Shown in pieces: positions 46,889 through 56,048 of a stretch of DNA of 64,000 bases; the stretch's first letter is position 1, and every line of letters starts with the position of its first letter. This stretch comes from a virus (Duplodnaviria; Caudoviricetes), in the IMG/VR virus record IMGVR_UViG_3300045391_004484, positions 6,554 to 70,553 of that record. One strand, 5' to 3'. The position numbers were made by a program, and so were the translations under genes. The notes under the pieces are model-generated. The model had not been told where the DNA came from. It was given only the letters and a program-made list of their open reading frames with translations, and made no database searches.

Positions 46889-48064
46889 ATGGCATTCCGA
46901 CTCGACACGGGCGAGATTTACAAATCCGAAACAACGCCCGAGGGCTTTTTACGGTTCTATGCAAATTTCTCTAAGGTCGGGGCGTTGCAATATTTGCGGG
47001 CTGATGGCTCGATTCAAATTGAGCATGTCACAGAAGCCGAATTGTTTCGTGATGACAGCCTACAGACTGCTGCATTACAGCCGATCACCCTACTGCATCC
47101 CGAGGGCGGGCGCGTCACTGCCGATAATGCCCGACAGTTTCAGCGAGGCACTACAGGCGATCGCATCGTTAAAAATTATCCCTATGCCACGATCGTAGGC
47201 GTCGTTACTGACAGGGAAACGATCGACGCCATCCAATCGGGCACAAATCAAATTTCAGCAGGCTATACCTGCAAACTGAGGCAGAGAACCGATGGCAGTT
47301 TTGAGCAATACGACAGGGTGTATAACCATCACGCGGTCGTACCCCTCGGGCGTGCCGGGGCAGACGTGCGGATTCACATCGATGCAGAAGATGATTTTGC
47401 CATTCAAATCGCTGCAACTGAATCAGAGGGAATAAAAGAATCGAACTCTGATCAGAGACGTGAAGTAATGACAATTGTTAACCTAAACAATCGTGTTTAC
47501 AACATTGACGGGGCTGATGCTCCGTTGTTGGCAGATGCGATCGCAATTTTGGCAACCCAAGCCGACACCTCAAAAACTGAAGTTACGACCCAAACAAAGC
47601 GGGCTGATGCAGCAGAAGCAAAGCTAGAGATCGCCGTTGCTGAAAAATCCCAACTTACTCAGAAACTTGACGCCGCCGAATCGACTCGCCTTGATGCGGA
47701 TCAAGTCGCAGTAGAAGCCGCCGCACGAATGCAGACTTGGGAAGTAGTTCTACCATTGCTGAGAGTAGATGCTGCTGATTATAAGGCTGATTACTCCTTA
47801 CCCGTTGCAGGTATTCGCAAACTAGCGATCGCTAAGAAATACCCCGAAATCAAACTCGATAGCAAATCGCCTGAGCAAATCGAGGCGATGTGGGAGCTAT
47901 GCGAGCCTGATCTAAAGTCTGCTGCTGAGACTCGCACTGATAGCAGCGCCGATCTACTTGGACTCGTGAAAATTACACAGCGCCAAGATGCGGGCAATGC
48001 AGGCACCAAGGTTAACCCGATCGCACAGCGCCGCAAAGACAAGTCAAAAATGCCCGCGTGCTAA
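46889..48064 (+). CDS. DUF2213 prohead protease/scaffold protein
   Basis: TPEGFL, PITLLHP, QISAGY, YNHHAVVPLGRAG.DVRI.ID; helical C-terminal half. Confidence 0.88.
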   Translation: MAFRLDTGEIYKSETTPEGFLRFYANFSKVGALQYLRADGSIQIEHVTEAELFRDDSLQTAALQPITLLHPEGGRVTADNARQFQRGTTGDRIVKNYPYATIVGVVTDRETIDAIQSGTNQISAGYTCKLRQRTDGSFEQYDRVYNHHAVVPLGRAGADVRIHIDAEDDFAIQIAATESEGIKESNSDQRREVMTIVNLNNRVYNIDGADAPLLADAIAILATQADTSKTEVTTQTKRADAAEAKLEIAVAEKSQLTQKLDAAESTRLDADQVAVEAAARMQTWEVVLPLLRVDAADYKADYSLPVAGIRKLAIAKKYPEIKLDSKSPEQIEAMWELCEPDLKSAAETRTDSSADLLGLVKITQRQDAGNAGTKVNPIAQRRKDKSKMPAC

Positions 48065-48105
48065 TCGGCTTTTGATTTCTGGCTCAAATCTACTCTCCTA
48101 AAACT

Positions 48106-48630
48106 ATGGCAATTCAAACAAGTTACGGATTTACTCATTCTCCTGCTTTGCAGGGGATGCCTTACGACCTCACCCCTCACAACGATGTTACGGGTGAATC
48201 TTCTACTGCTACTGATTTCGGCGTGGGCTTGGTAATTGATACCTCCCTCACCCCGTCCAACAATCGCTTAGGTGTTAAGGTGCCTGCTGCATCGGGTACG
48301 TTCGCGGGCGTTGCTCTCTACGATCGGGTACAGCAAGTTAATTCCGGTACCCCTGCATTTCTTTCGAGCCTCACCACGACAGAGGGCGCTCAATACCCTG
48401 CTACTGAGCCGATCCGCATTCGCCGTAAAGGGCGCGTGTATGTCTACGCTGAGCAGGCAGTAAACCCTACTCTCCCTGTGTACTTGCGTTACACCGCCAA
48501 CGGTGGCTTAACGCCCGGTAATTTCCGGGTGGATGCTGACACCTCTAAGGCAATGGTCATTGCTAACGCCGCATGGGTTTCCACCACTTCAGCGGCGGGG
48601 CTTGCCGTTTTAGAAATTAACGCGCCCTAG
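48106..48630 (+). CDS. Head decoration (capsid cement) protein
   Basis: Between scaffold and MCP; RRKGRVYV..EQAV.P..PVY.R. Confidence 0.75.
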   Translation: MAIQTSYGFTHSPALQGMPYDLTPHNDVTGESSTATDFGVGLVIDTSLTPSNNRLGVKVPAASGTFAGVALYDRVQQVNSGTPAFLSSLTTTEGAQYPATEPIRIRRKGRVYVYAEQAVNPTLPVYLRYTANGGLTPGNFRVDADTSKAMVIANAAWVSTTSAAGLAVLEINAP

Positions 48631-48689
48631 TTTTCGTTCCGATTTCGTTTAGCGTTGTCAATCTAACCCTCTAACCCGTTAACCCTGCT

Positions 48690-49616
48690 ATGGCTGTTAA
48701 TTCACTTTTCTTGAGACAACAGCTCGAATATGTACAGAACACTGTCATCGAGCAAGACTTCCCCGAGCGCCTCGTTACAAGCGGCGAACTTATCCCAGTA
48801 TCCACCGAATTGCCCGCCGGGGCTGAGACGTATAGCTATAAGATCATGACCGCTGTAGGTGAAGCGGCGATCTTGGCAAATGGCGCTGATGATATCCCTG
48901 TTGTAAGCGCCTTCGCTGAGAAGCGTGTAGGCGAGATCAAAACTGTTGTGGACGCCTACGAGTACACCACGGAAGACATTGAATCGGCACAATTTGCCAA
49001 TATGAACTTAGATACCACGCTCGCCACGATCGCGCGTGAGATCATCGAAGAGAAGTTAGATATCCTCGGCTATGACGGTGATTCCAACTTCAACTTGCTC
49101 GGCTTGCTGAATCATCCCAACGTACCATCGGGCACCGTTGCCGCTGATGGCACAGGTTCATCGACCACATGGGCTACAAAGACGGCAGCGCAAATCTATC
49201 GCGATCTCTCTGCTTTTGGCAAGTCTCCTCGCGTGGCTACTAATGGGGTCGAGTTTTTCGATACGATTTGTATGCCGGAATCGCAGTATGATTTGATCGC
49301 TGAGACTCCCTACCCCGACACCAGCACAACCAATGAGACGATCCTGAGCTTCTATTTGAAGACTCAGAAAGCCAACCCCAAGGGCGTTAAGCGGATCATG
49401 GCTGTGCCCTACCTTGCTGGTAAAGGTTCGGGTGGTACAGATTTGATGGTCGGACTCAGAAAGCTCGAATCGAAGATCAAATACCATCTACCCCTTGATT
49501 TTGTGCAAGAGGCTGTCCAGATGGTGAACTTCTCTTATAGGGTTCCGTGCCGTGCTCGTACTGGTGGTCTGTGTTTGGTAAAACCAATGTCAATGGGATA
49601 TCGGTCTGGTATATAA
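48690..49616 (+). CDS. Major capsid protein (DUF2184 family, HK97 fold)
   Basis: FL.QQLEY, GYDGD...GLLNHPNV, R.RTGG....KP.S..Y..GI. Confidence 0.9.
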   Translation: MAVNSLFLRQQLEYVQNTVIEQDFPERLVTSGELIPVSTELPAGAETYSYKIMTAVGEAAILANGADDIPVVSAFAEKRVGEIKTVVDAYEYTTEDIESAQFANMNLDTTLATIAREIIEEKLDILGYDGDSNFNLLGLLNHPNVPSGTVAADGTGSSTTWATKTAAQIYRDLSAFGKSPRVATNGVEFFDTICMPESQYDLIAETPYPDTSTTNETILSFYLKTQKANPKGVKRIMAVPYLAGKGSGGTDLMVGLRKLESKIKYHLPLDFVQEAVQMVNFSYRVPCRARTGGLCLVKPMSMGYRSGI

Positions 49617-49623
49617 AGATTTG

Positions 49624-50466
49624 TTAAAGTAATGGGAGTTGATTCACGTTTGACTCATTCTTCCCAAGAACTGAAAGAATCTTTTCCCACCGATCTCGAT
49701 TGAAAAATGGCTGCTTTGGATACCACGTTTGAGCGAGGCTTGCATTTTTGCTGCTATTGCAGCGATTGCAAGCGGGGATAAGGTTCCACAGCGTGTCAGT
49801 TCCTCCGAGAGATATTGGGATGAAGTGATCTAGGGTGATATTCCCAGGCTTGCCACAGTAGGCGCAAGCGTTATCAAATGCTTGTATCCGCTGTTTAACT
49901 TCCGATGTTTTGTAGTTGCGTCGGTGTGTGGTTCTTAATCGAAGCTTGCGTCGAGAGTGTGCAATCCGCTTGCACAGCTTGCCGTTTTCTGTCTTTCGAT
50001 ACTGGCGAGATCTTTCGCACATTCGATCGCGGTTCTTAACGTAATAGCTCAGCCATCTTTCCTTATGTCGATCCGGGTGCTTAAGGCGCTCCTCCCTGGC
50101 TTTCCGTCGATACTTTTCGGGATTTGCATGATAACGCTGTTTGATATATTCAGGGTTTCGATCGAACCATTCTTTGGTGTACTCGCGGTGTTTCTGAATG
50201 GATAGCTGCTTACGCCGTTGCCATTCGGCTGCACACGGGGCGCACTTACACCCCCTAATTACTTCGCCGTTCTGATGCCGCCGTTCAATCAGTTTTTTAT
50301 AATCTTGTCTTTTGTTCAGAATGTCACATTCAAGGCAGTTGCCTAATCCCGTCTTGTGATGCCTGCTGAGGCGTCTTAAACTCTTGCCTGTGCCTTGGTA
50401 GTCATGCCCTCGCCTACAAAGCACTCCTAGCCCAAACAGAGAGGCATCAAATTCTTCTATACTCAT
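49624..50466 (-). CDS. HNH endonuclease inserted antisense behind the MCP gene
   Basis: CAYCG...TLDHFIPISLGG.D..WNLIPACNRCNSSK. Confidence 0.9.
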   Translation of the reverse strand: MSIEEFDASLFGLGVLCRRGHDYQGTGKSLRRLSRHHKTGLGNCLECDILNKRQDYKKLIERRHQNGEVIRGCKCAPCAAEWQRRKQLSIQKHREYTKEWFDRNPEYIKQRYHANPEKYRRKAREERLKHPDRHKERWLSYYVKNRDRMCERSRQYRKTENGKLCKRIAHSRRKLRLRTTHRRNYKTSEVKQRIQAFDNACAYCGKPGNITLDHFIPISLGGTDTLWNLIPACNRCNSSKNASLAQTWYPKQPFFNRDRWEKILSVLGKNESNVNQLPLL

Positions 50467-50589
50467 TAGTGCAGTCCTAGCGTGTTTAAGATTGCCAATC
50501 CCGGAACGATCGCGAGTCGTTGCCGGGGCTTTCAGTATTGTACCAACGGGAACACTGCCTAGGAAATACGCTTACAAACGCTTTATCCT

Positions 50590-50910
50590 ATGGTCGCGCT
50601 TCGATACAACCGTCGAAACTCCTTTGAAATCCCTTACCCCGGCGGTAAACTAATCCTATTTCCGGGTATCAATCTCGCTGTAAATGATGAACTTTGGGCA
50701 ACCCACATTCATACTCATCCGATCGTGCAAACCATGATCGAGCATGATGAGATTGATGTGTTAGTCAAGCCCCCTAAGCCTACTAGTGATATCGCGGGCG
50801 TGCCCGTAGTGGATAACAAGAAAATGGGCGGCGAGCCTGTGCCTGTGATGCCTGTGCAGGATAGATCCGCCGCCAAGAATGCCCCCGCTAAAGCGCCAAA
50901 AGCAAAATGA
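50590..50910 (+). CDS. Small head-completion protein (post-MCP)
   Basis: LILFPGIN.V...W.....HP; Lys/Pro-rich tail. Confidence 0.5.
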   Translation: MVALRYNRRNSFEIPYPGGKLILFPGINLAVNDELWATHIHTHPIVQTMIEHDEIDVLVKPPKPTSDIAGVPVVDNKKMGGEPVPVMPVQDRSAAKNAPAKAPKAK

Positions 50911-51656
50911 GCGCATCGCCATTTCCTACTAATGCATTCCTCACGTTTCACTTACCCACAGGGCAGACAGCGATCGACCCCGACACGGGCAACGTGATAT
51001 CAGTTCTAGGCGATTTAGATATCGAGTGTTTTTTGCAACCTCAAGGCGTGCAAGCAAACAAATCGGTAGACGCCTCGCCCGGAGTGCAGACGCCATCGGA
51101 GAGTATGACCGGGCGCATGACTAACCCGATCGCGCTGCCATCCTCGATCCCTGTGATCGCTGAGGCTGATGCAATTATCGGGGGGCGTGAGGGTAAATTC
51201 CTCTTACGCATCCCAACACAAGATGTTTGGGGGATTCGTGATGTTTTGGGGGATAAAATTTACGGCACCTTTACGGCAGTTAGTGGGGCGTCAGTTATGC
51301 CGATTTTCAATAGTGGGCTAGTTGCTGCCAGTGCCCTCGATGTCTACCAGCTTGTGGCGGTAGTCAATGGTGCGATCGTCTTGGCAGACCAATCGATCGA
51401 AGCTCATGCTTTCTCGATCGTAGGACTTACGAAAGCATCAGCCCAACCGGGTCAGCCTGTGATCTTACTTGCTGAGGGCGTGATCACCAATACGAGTTGG
51501 AATTGGGCACCGGGTGAGCCATTATTTGTGGGCAACTCGGGGCAACTTACCCAAGATGCTGAGTCATTGACAACGGGCTTTCTATGCTCAGCGGGGCGAG
51601 TGATCACGCCAACACAGATTTATTTAGATGTGTCTGAAGATCCAATCTTCTTATAA
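50907..51656 (+). CDS. Head-closure-like protein fused to a DUF2190-like domain
   Basis: N-half DPDTGN..IECFLQP; internal in-frame ATG at 51297 begins a domain paralogous to 5232 and 5705. Confidence 0.6.
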   Translation: MSASPFPTNAFLTFHLPTGQTAIDPDTGNVISVLGDLDIECFLQPQGVQANKSVDASPGVQTPSESMTGRMTNPIALPSSIPVIAEADAIIGGREGKFLLRIPTQDVWGIRDVLGDKIYGTFTAVSGASVMPIFNSGLVAASALDVYQLVAVVNGAIVLADQSIEAHAFSIVGLTKASAQPGQPVILLAEGVITNTSWNWAPGEPLFVGNSGQLTQDAESLTTGFLCSAGRVITPTQIYLDVSEDPIFL

Positions 51657-51703
51657 GCGCTTTTAATAGGCGTTATTTTTCTTTAGCAACTTCCGTTATT
51701 TTT

Positions 51704-52102
51704 ATGACATTTAAGTTTAATGCAGCAGGGCTAAAGAAGCTCGATCGTGCTATTGATAAAGCTTTTGAAGCAACGGTTAACGAATACGGCAAGGAATGCA
51801 GGAAAGCGATCGAGTCTCCTATCTGGGAATGGACAGACACGATCACCCATCGTCGCAACGGTCAGAGCGTAGGCTCACCAAGAGATGCGGTAGATCTGGG
51901 TGAATTGGTGGATTCTCAGCAACCGCCGGAATTTGAAGGAGATACAGCGACGATCGAATGGTCAAGCGGTCATTCTACGATCGTGCATGAAGGCTATGTA
52001 GATCAGTCCATCTATCCGGCTCGCCCGTGGACAGAAGAGGCTGCTCATAATACCGATTTTGATGGCATCATGGGGGCAGCGTTGCGCCGTGAGTTAGGAT
52101 GA
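51704..52102 (+). CDS. Neck/tail-completion protein (HK97 gp10-like)
   Basis: W.W...T.RRNG..VGSPRDAVDLGELVDS...VHEG......PARPWT. Confidence 0.7.
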   Translation: MTFKFNAAGLKKLDRAIDKAFEATVNEYGKECRKAIESPIWEWTDTITHRRNGQSVGSPRDAVDLGELVDSQQPPEFEGDTATIEWSSGHSTIVHEGYVDQSIYPARPWTEEAAHNTDFDGIMGAALRRELG

Positions 52103-52107
52103 TTGCT

Positions 52108-52500
52108 TTACAGATTTAACAATACCAACCACACCAAGAACGGAACCATAAATAGGTGTAGCGGCGGCTGCTCTGATCGCTCAACCATATGGACGATCAG
52201 ATGATGCATCTCGATCGCTTTATCCCATGTTTGCCAACGGTATTGTTTTTGGTCAAACTTACCGCCGAAGATCATCGTCTCAAACATTGGCTCTTTGGTG
52301 ATTTGGGTTGCAAGTGGTAGAAAGACTGTAGAGATCCATGCCTGCCCGATGTGCTCCTGAATTAGGATCTTTTCTGATTCCTTTCGTGTGGTCAACCATT
52401 CTAGATAGGTTTCAAAATTGACCGCTTCGACTTTCCGACCTTCGAGAATATGCCAATCCCTTTCAGAGAAAAGCTCAGTTACCTTGCTAAAAATACTCAT
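52108..52500 (-). CDS. Conserved phage hypothetical protein (moron)
   Basis: ISTVFL......FETMIFGG..D..Q.RW.TW..A...H. Confidence 0.65.
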   Translation of the reverse strand: MSIFSKVTELFSERDWHILEGRKVEAVNFETYLEWLTTRKESEKILIQEHIGQAWISTVFLPLATQITKEPMFETMIFGGKFDQKQYRWQTWDKAIEMHHLIVHMVERSEQPPLHLFMVPFLVWLVLLNL

Positions 52501-52543
52501 AGTTAGGCATGATCAACCGCTGTTAGATTTTAGCCCGAAATCA

Positions 52544-52804
52544 TTAATACCATCGGTTGTTTAGGAATAAATGCTCTTGCCTGCTCATTTCCTGATGATA
52601 GGTATCATGATCGCGTTCGGGTATCGTCCCAATTAGCGCTAGATTCCCGCCGATCCTTGTGTATGCCGTGGCTACTCTGAAGAATGAGGAGAACGACCCC
52701 TGCACAAACTGAGCCTCAAGACGGTAATAAAACCGATGAATATCAGCAGCAGAGATCGTGCTCACCAGTTGAATTGTCGTGTTATCGGTATAGATTATAT
52801 CCAT
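52544..52804 (-). CDS. Hypothetical protein
   Basis: Protein-like ORF, start uncertain (head-to-head with 52803). Confidence 0.3.
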   Translation of the reverse strand: MDIIYTDNTTIQLVSTISAADIHRFYYRLEAQFVQGSFSSFFRVATAYTRIGGNLALIGTIPERDHDTYHQEMSRQEHLFLNNRWY

Positions 52805-53204
52805 GCAAGCAACAGAGTTAAGGGATGAGATTAAGGATCTGCTCACCGCCGAGATTGGCACCTATGCCTTAACGGGCGGGGCAACAACCCCGGCAATTAT
52901 AATCTTGAGTGCTGGCGATGTAGTCAGCGATCGTACGGTAACGGGGCTAGAAGTTGTGATCCGTCGCACACCGATCAGTGATCAATCTCGCCCCACATTC
53001 GACGCGGTGAGGGCTGAGAAAAACTGGCAAGTGTTCCTAGTGCAGTGGGCGGGCGCTTATACATTAGATGCCGCCCAAGACAAGCTAAGGCGGCATTTTG
53101 CAAACTCTCGATCTATTCCGATCAAGATTGAAAAGGGCAGCGGTATTAAGGAGCAAGTTTCGGTGAGGATTCCAGATCTTGAGGAGTTTGATCAGGTAAC
53201 TTAG
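52803..53204 (+). CDS. Tail terminator-like protein
   Basis: LR..I..LL...IGTY....G..TPAI...GLEVVI...WQVFLVQW; upstream of the tail tube. Confidence 0.65.
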   Translation: MQATELRDEIKDLLTAEIGTYALTGGATTPAIIILSAGDVVSDRTVTGLEVVIRRTPISDQSRPTFDAVRAEKNWQVFLVQWAGAYTLDAAQDKLRRHFANSRSIPIKIEKGSGIKEQVSVRIPDLEEFDQVT

Positions 53205-53556
53205 GGCGCTCAAGTAGAACGGGGGCATCCTCTTGCTCTGCCTTTTGCTCAGGCTCGGGGTTCTCACCTCCGATCGCTTGAGTAATTTTGTCATTGAGGG
53301 CGGTAATTCGGCTCTCTAAATCTGCTAGTGCAGAAGCATCGATCGTGGTGTCGCCTCGTTCTGCTGCCTCAAGTTGATTCTGCAAACTGGCGATCACAAT
53401 GGCTTGATTCTGATTGGCTAACTCTAATTCTGCAATCCTGCTAAGTGCTTCTGCCTTCTCGCCTCGTTCCTTTGCCAGGGTGCTGTTTAGGGTAGCAACG
53501 TTCCTATTCATCGAGTCGATTAGGTTGCTATAAAACTCTAAATTAGGTTGGCTCAT
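53146..53556 (-). CDS. Coiled-coil protein (antisense moron)
   Basis: 136 aa with heptad pattern. Confidence 0.5.
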   Translation of the reverse strand: MSQPNLEFYSNLIDSMNRNVATLNSTLAKERGEKAEALSRIAELELANQNQAIVIASLQNQLEAAERGDTTIDASALADLESRITALNDKITQAIGGENPEPEQKAEQEDAPVLLERPKLPDQTPQDLESSPKLAP

Positions 53557-53652
53557 AGGGGCAGCAGAGACTTAAACATCGTTTTAGTTTTCCCGATCGC
53601 TCAGGGTAGGAATTCTTGCTCTGAATATCCAGATCTGGGAGTCTCTAAATTT

Positions 53653-54360
53653 ATGCCACGTAAGTTCCAGAGTGGGGCGGGCGACAAGATTAAAGTATAC
53701 GTCGCTCTACTGCCCCTCGGCGTGCGAACCATGCCCGTCACCATTAACGGTATTGCGACCACTTCGGGCGGTATCACGGGCGCTGCTACTACAATCAACT
53801 TAGGCTCAGCAGTGGGCGGCGTGGGTATTGCAGCAGGCACCCCGCTGCTATTTGCAAACTCGGGCGGCACACAAGTTAAGGTCTATCTAACTGCTGATGC
53901 GGCGGCAAGTGATACGACATTGACGATCGAGGCAGCAGCGGCTACAGTGAGCGGCGTCTGCACTGCGACCTATGTTCCTAAATTGCGTCTATTGGGTGGT
54001 ACTTCCACAAGTCCCAAAATCTCAAACAAAACCCAAGAATCCTTAGTATTTGAAGATCAGCTAGGTTTTGAGGATTCCTTGGTAACGGGTGCAAGCTTTG
54101 AAATCCCTTGGTCTGCTAACTTATTGGCAGATGATGATGCCTATCGTCGCGTGTTCTATGCTGCCACCCACGGCACCGAAGGGCGTGAAATGTACGTATG
54201 GCAGTACGATCCCCCTCCTGTAGGTTATACCCTTGGTGATGGTATTGCAGGGGCAACGATCGTTTCTGATTTTTCGAAAGATTTCAAATCAGACGGCATT
54301 ATCACCTTTTCAACCACGTTCAAGGGTTGCGGTACGCCTGTTATTTCGCGCTACAGCTAA
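53653..54360 (+). CDS. Major tail tube protein (siphovirus)
   Basis: Start MPRKF; LRLLGGT.T...IS, FE..LVTG.S.EIPWS, G...VSDFS.D..SDGIITFS.TF.G.G.P. Confidence 0.8.
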   Translation: MPRKFQSGAGDKIKVYVALLPLGVRTMPVTINGIATTSGGITGAATTINLGSAVGGVGIAAGTPLLFANSGGTQVKVYLTADAAASDTTLTIEAAAATVSGVCTATYVPKLRLLGGTSTSPKISNKTQESLVFEDQLGFEDSLVTGASFEIPWSANLLADDDAYRRVFYAATHGTEGREMYVWQYDPPPVGYTLGDGIAGATIVSDFSKDFKSDGIITFSTTFKGCGTPVISRYS

Positions 54361-54430
54361 CAAAAAACGACATTGCAGAGAGGAGTTGAGCGAGTCTGCA
54401 ACGTCGTTACTGTCTAGGAATTCCTACGCT

Positions 54431-54589
54431 ATGCATCCCGTTGTTTCACTGTTTATTTTTATTGCTGCTCACTCTGCTGTTTGTGGGTTTATTTGGGTAG
54501 TGCTACACGGGCAAATCCGCGATGCTCTTGCAATGGCGGCAATTTATTTATATTTACAAGTTAGCTCAAGAACGGGTGGGAACCTCTAG
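54431..54589 (+). CDS. 52-aa two-TM membrane peptide
   Basis: MHPVVSLFIFIAAHSAVCGFIWVVL...AMAAIYLYLQV, preceded by a long hairpin. Confidence 0.45.
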   Translation: MHPVVSLFIFIAAHSAVCGFIWVVLHGQIRDALAMAAIYLYLQVSSRTGGNL

Positions 54590-54613
54590 AGCGTTCTGAT
54601 TTGAGCGAGAATT

Positions 54614-55279
54614 ATGCTACCTTTCAAAGTTACCCCATCCCGCACATACGAAACTGTTGATGTCGGAAATGCAGAGATCGGCGTCTTATCAATCAAAAAA
54701 TACGAAAACCTGACTCGTGCAGAGCATGGGTTCATTAAAGAGCAACAGCTTTTCAACTATGTTTACGAACTGGCAACCCTAGCTAAGCGAATCTCTCGCG
54801 AAACCGGGGCGCACTTTGCCTATGTCAACGATCGGATCAATGCCTATCTCTTCGGTGGCGTGATCCTAAATGATATGGTGAAGGTGAATGAAAGACCGGG
54901 CACCGTAACGCAAGTTGAAACCGACAAAGACGGTAAGGACTTAGTTTGTGTTGACTATGGCGACGGTGAGCCTGATCTCGTCTCGATCGAAGACATCGAA
55001 ATTGTTAGCCCCGCTTGGTATTCAGATTATTATGCTGACATCAGTGCTCTAACCACTGCCTATCTAGAGTCGCTGCCCATGCAGAACTATGTTTATGCAA
55101 CGGCGATCCTCAAGTTCCGTGTTGAGCCTACTTGGACGCTAGAGAACAGCTTTGACCCTGAGCAAATCAGCTATGAGTTGATCCGCGACGTGGCAAACTT
55201 TGCTTATCAAGAGAAAAACGGTTGGCTCCCCGCTGAGCCTAAACAGCCCTCGACAGATGAAGACTTGGGAAAATCTTAG
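54614..55279 (+). CDS. Tail assembly chaperone (gpG-like)
   Basis: Between tail tube and tape measure; ends DLGKS* at the slippery site. Confidence 0.75.
   Translation: MLPFKVTPSRTYETVDVGNAEIGVLSIKKYENLTRAEHGFIKEQQLFNYVYELATLAKRISRETGAHFAYVNDRINAYLFGGVILNDMVKVNERPGTVTQVETDKDGKDLVCVDYGDGEPDLVSIEDIEIVSPAWYSDYYADISALTTAYLESLPMQNYVYATAILKFRVEPTWTLENSFDPEQISYELIRDVANFAYQEKNGWLPAEPKQPSTDEDLGKS
55267..55273 (+). other. Programmed -1 ribosomal frameshift heptamer G-GGA-AAA
   Basis: GGGAAAA just before the TAG; the -1 frame is open (GKILEGESEPDWVAIFWRL...) and in frame with 55381..55914. Confidence 0.8.
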
Positions 55280-55914
55280 AAGGCGAGAGCGAGCCTGATT
55301 GGGTAGCAATATTCTGGCGACTTCAGAAGTATTGGGGGCACGATCGAAGGTTCAATGATGAGAACTTTGCTCATCAGCCGATGAGCTTGATCTTTCAGGC
55401 TCTCGAGTGGGGGGCAAAGTTGCATCATGAGGATCTGCACTTGCAAGAGTTGGGTATCGCCACCTTATCGAGCTTGTTTGTCAACGCCAACCGGGGCAAG
55501 GATTCCGAGGCTGCGAAGCCCTCAAACTTCTATTATTTCCAGACCCAATCTGAGCAGGCAGTTTCGATCCCTGTTGCCGTGTGTGATGCTTTCTTTAGTT
55601 GCATCAAGGACGGTATTTTGCCCGCTTGGGCTGTGCCACTGTGCCCGATCGATGCGCTTGAGAAAGGCAAATCCGGCGGTAAGGTGCCTCGCCCTCGGTT
55701 GTGGGTTGGGGATGGCGTGATTCTGATTCTGCCCCAAATTCAAGGTAAGCAGGTTTCAGCAGCATTCGCCCTAATCAATCAGGCTGAGGGGATTATCGAC
55801 GTGAAAGATCCCGATAGCGATCGGTGGTTTGCGGTCGAGGTGCCCGATGAGGATTGCTGGATACTTGAGGCAGAATTCCCGATCGTAGACTCGAAAATTG
55901 TTCTACTTTCTTAG
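55267..55914 (+). CDS. Tail assembly chaperone gpT part (C-terminus of the gpGT frameshift product)
   Basis: Open -1 frame from the slippery site through the 55381..55914 ORF. Confidence 0.75.
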   Translation, partial: GKILEGESEPDWVAIFWRLQKYWGHDRRFNDENFAHQPMSLIFQALEWGAKLHHEDLHLQELGIATLSSLFVNANRGKDSEAAKPSNFYYFQTQSEQAVSIPVAVCDAFFSCIKDGILPAWAVPLCPIDALEKGKSGGKVPRPRLWVGDGVILILPQIQGKQVSAAFALINQAEGIIDVKDPDSDRWFAVEVPDEDCWILEAEFPIVDSKIVLLS

Positions 55915-55928
55915 CCTTGGTGCAAAAT

Positions 55929-56002
55929 AGAGACGCGGTGAAAACGCATAGAATTGTCTTCATAAGGCAAAGCCCCTTTCTGTCGTTGGATTGGGGCTTT
56001 TT
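55929..56002 (+). ncRNA. Candidate small RNA A
   Basis: CAAAAT -10-like box at 55923, short hairpin, terminator AAAGCCCC..GGGGCTTTTT (55969-56002). Confidence 0.35.
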
Positions 56003-56014
56003 GTTGGTCGAATG

Positions 56015-56042
56015 TTGCGATCGTAAAACACTGGTGTAAAAT
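56015..56042 (+). promoter_or_regulatory. Sigma70-type promoter of the repeat-containing small RNA
   Basis: TTGCGA (56015-56020), 16 bp, TAAAAT (56037-56042). Confidence 0.55.
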
Positions 56043-56048
56043 GGCTCT

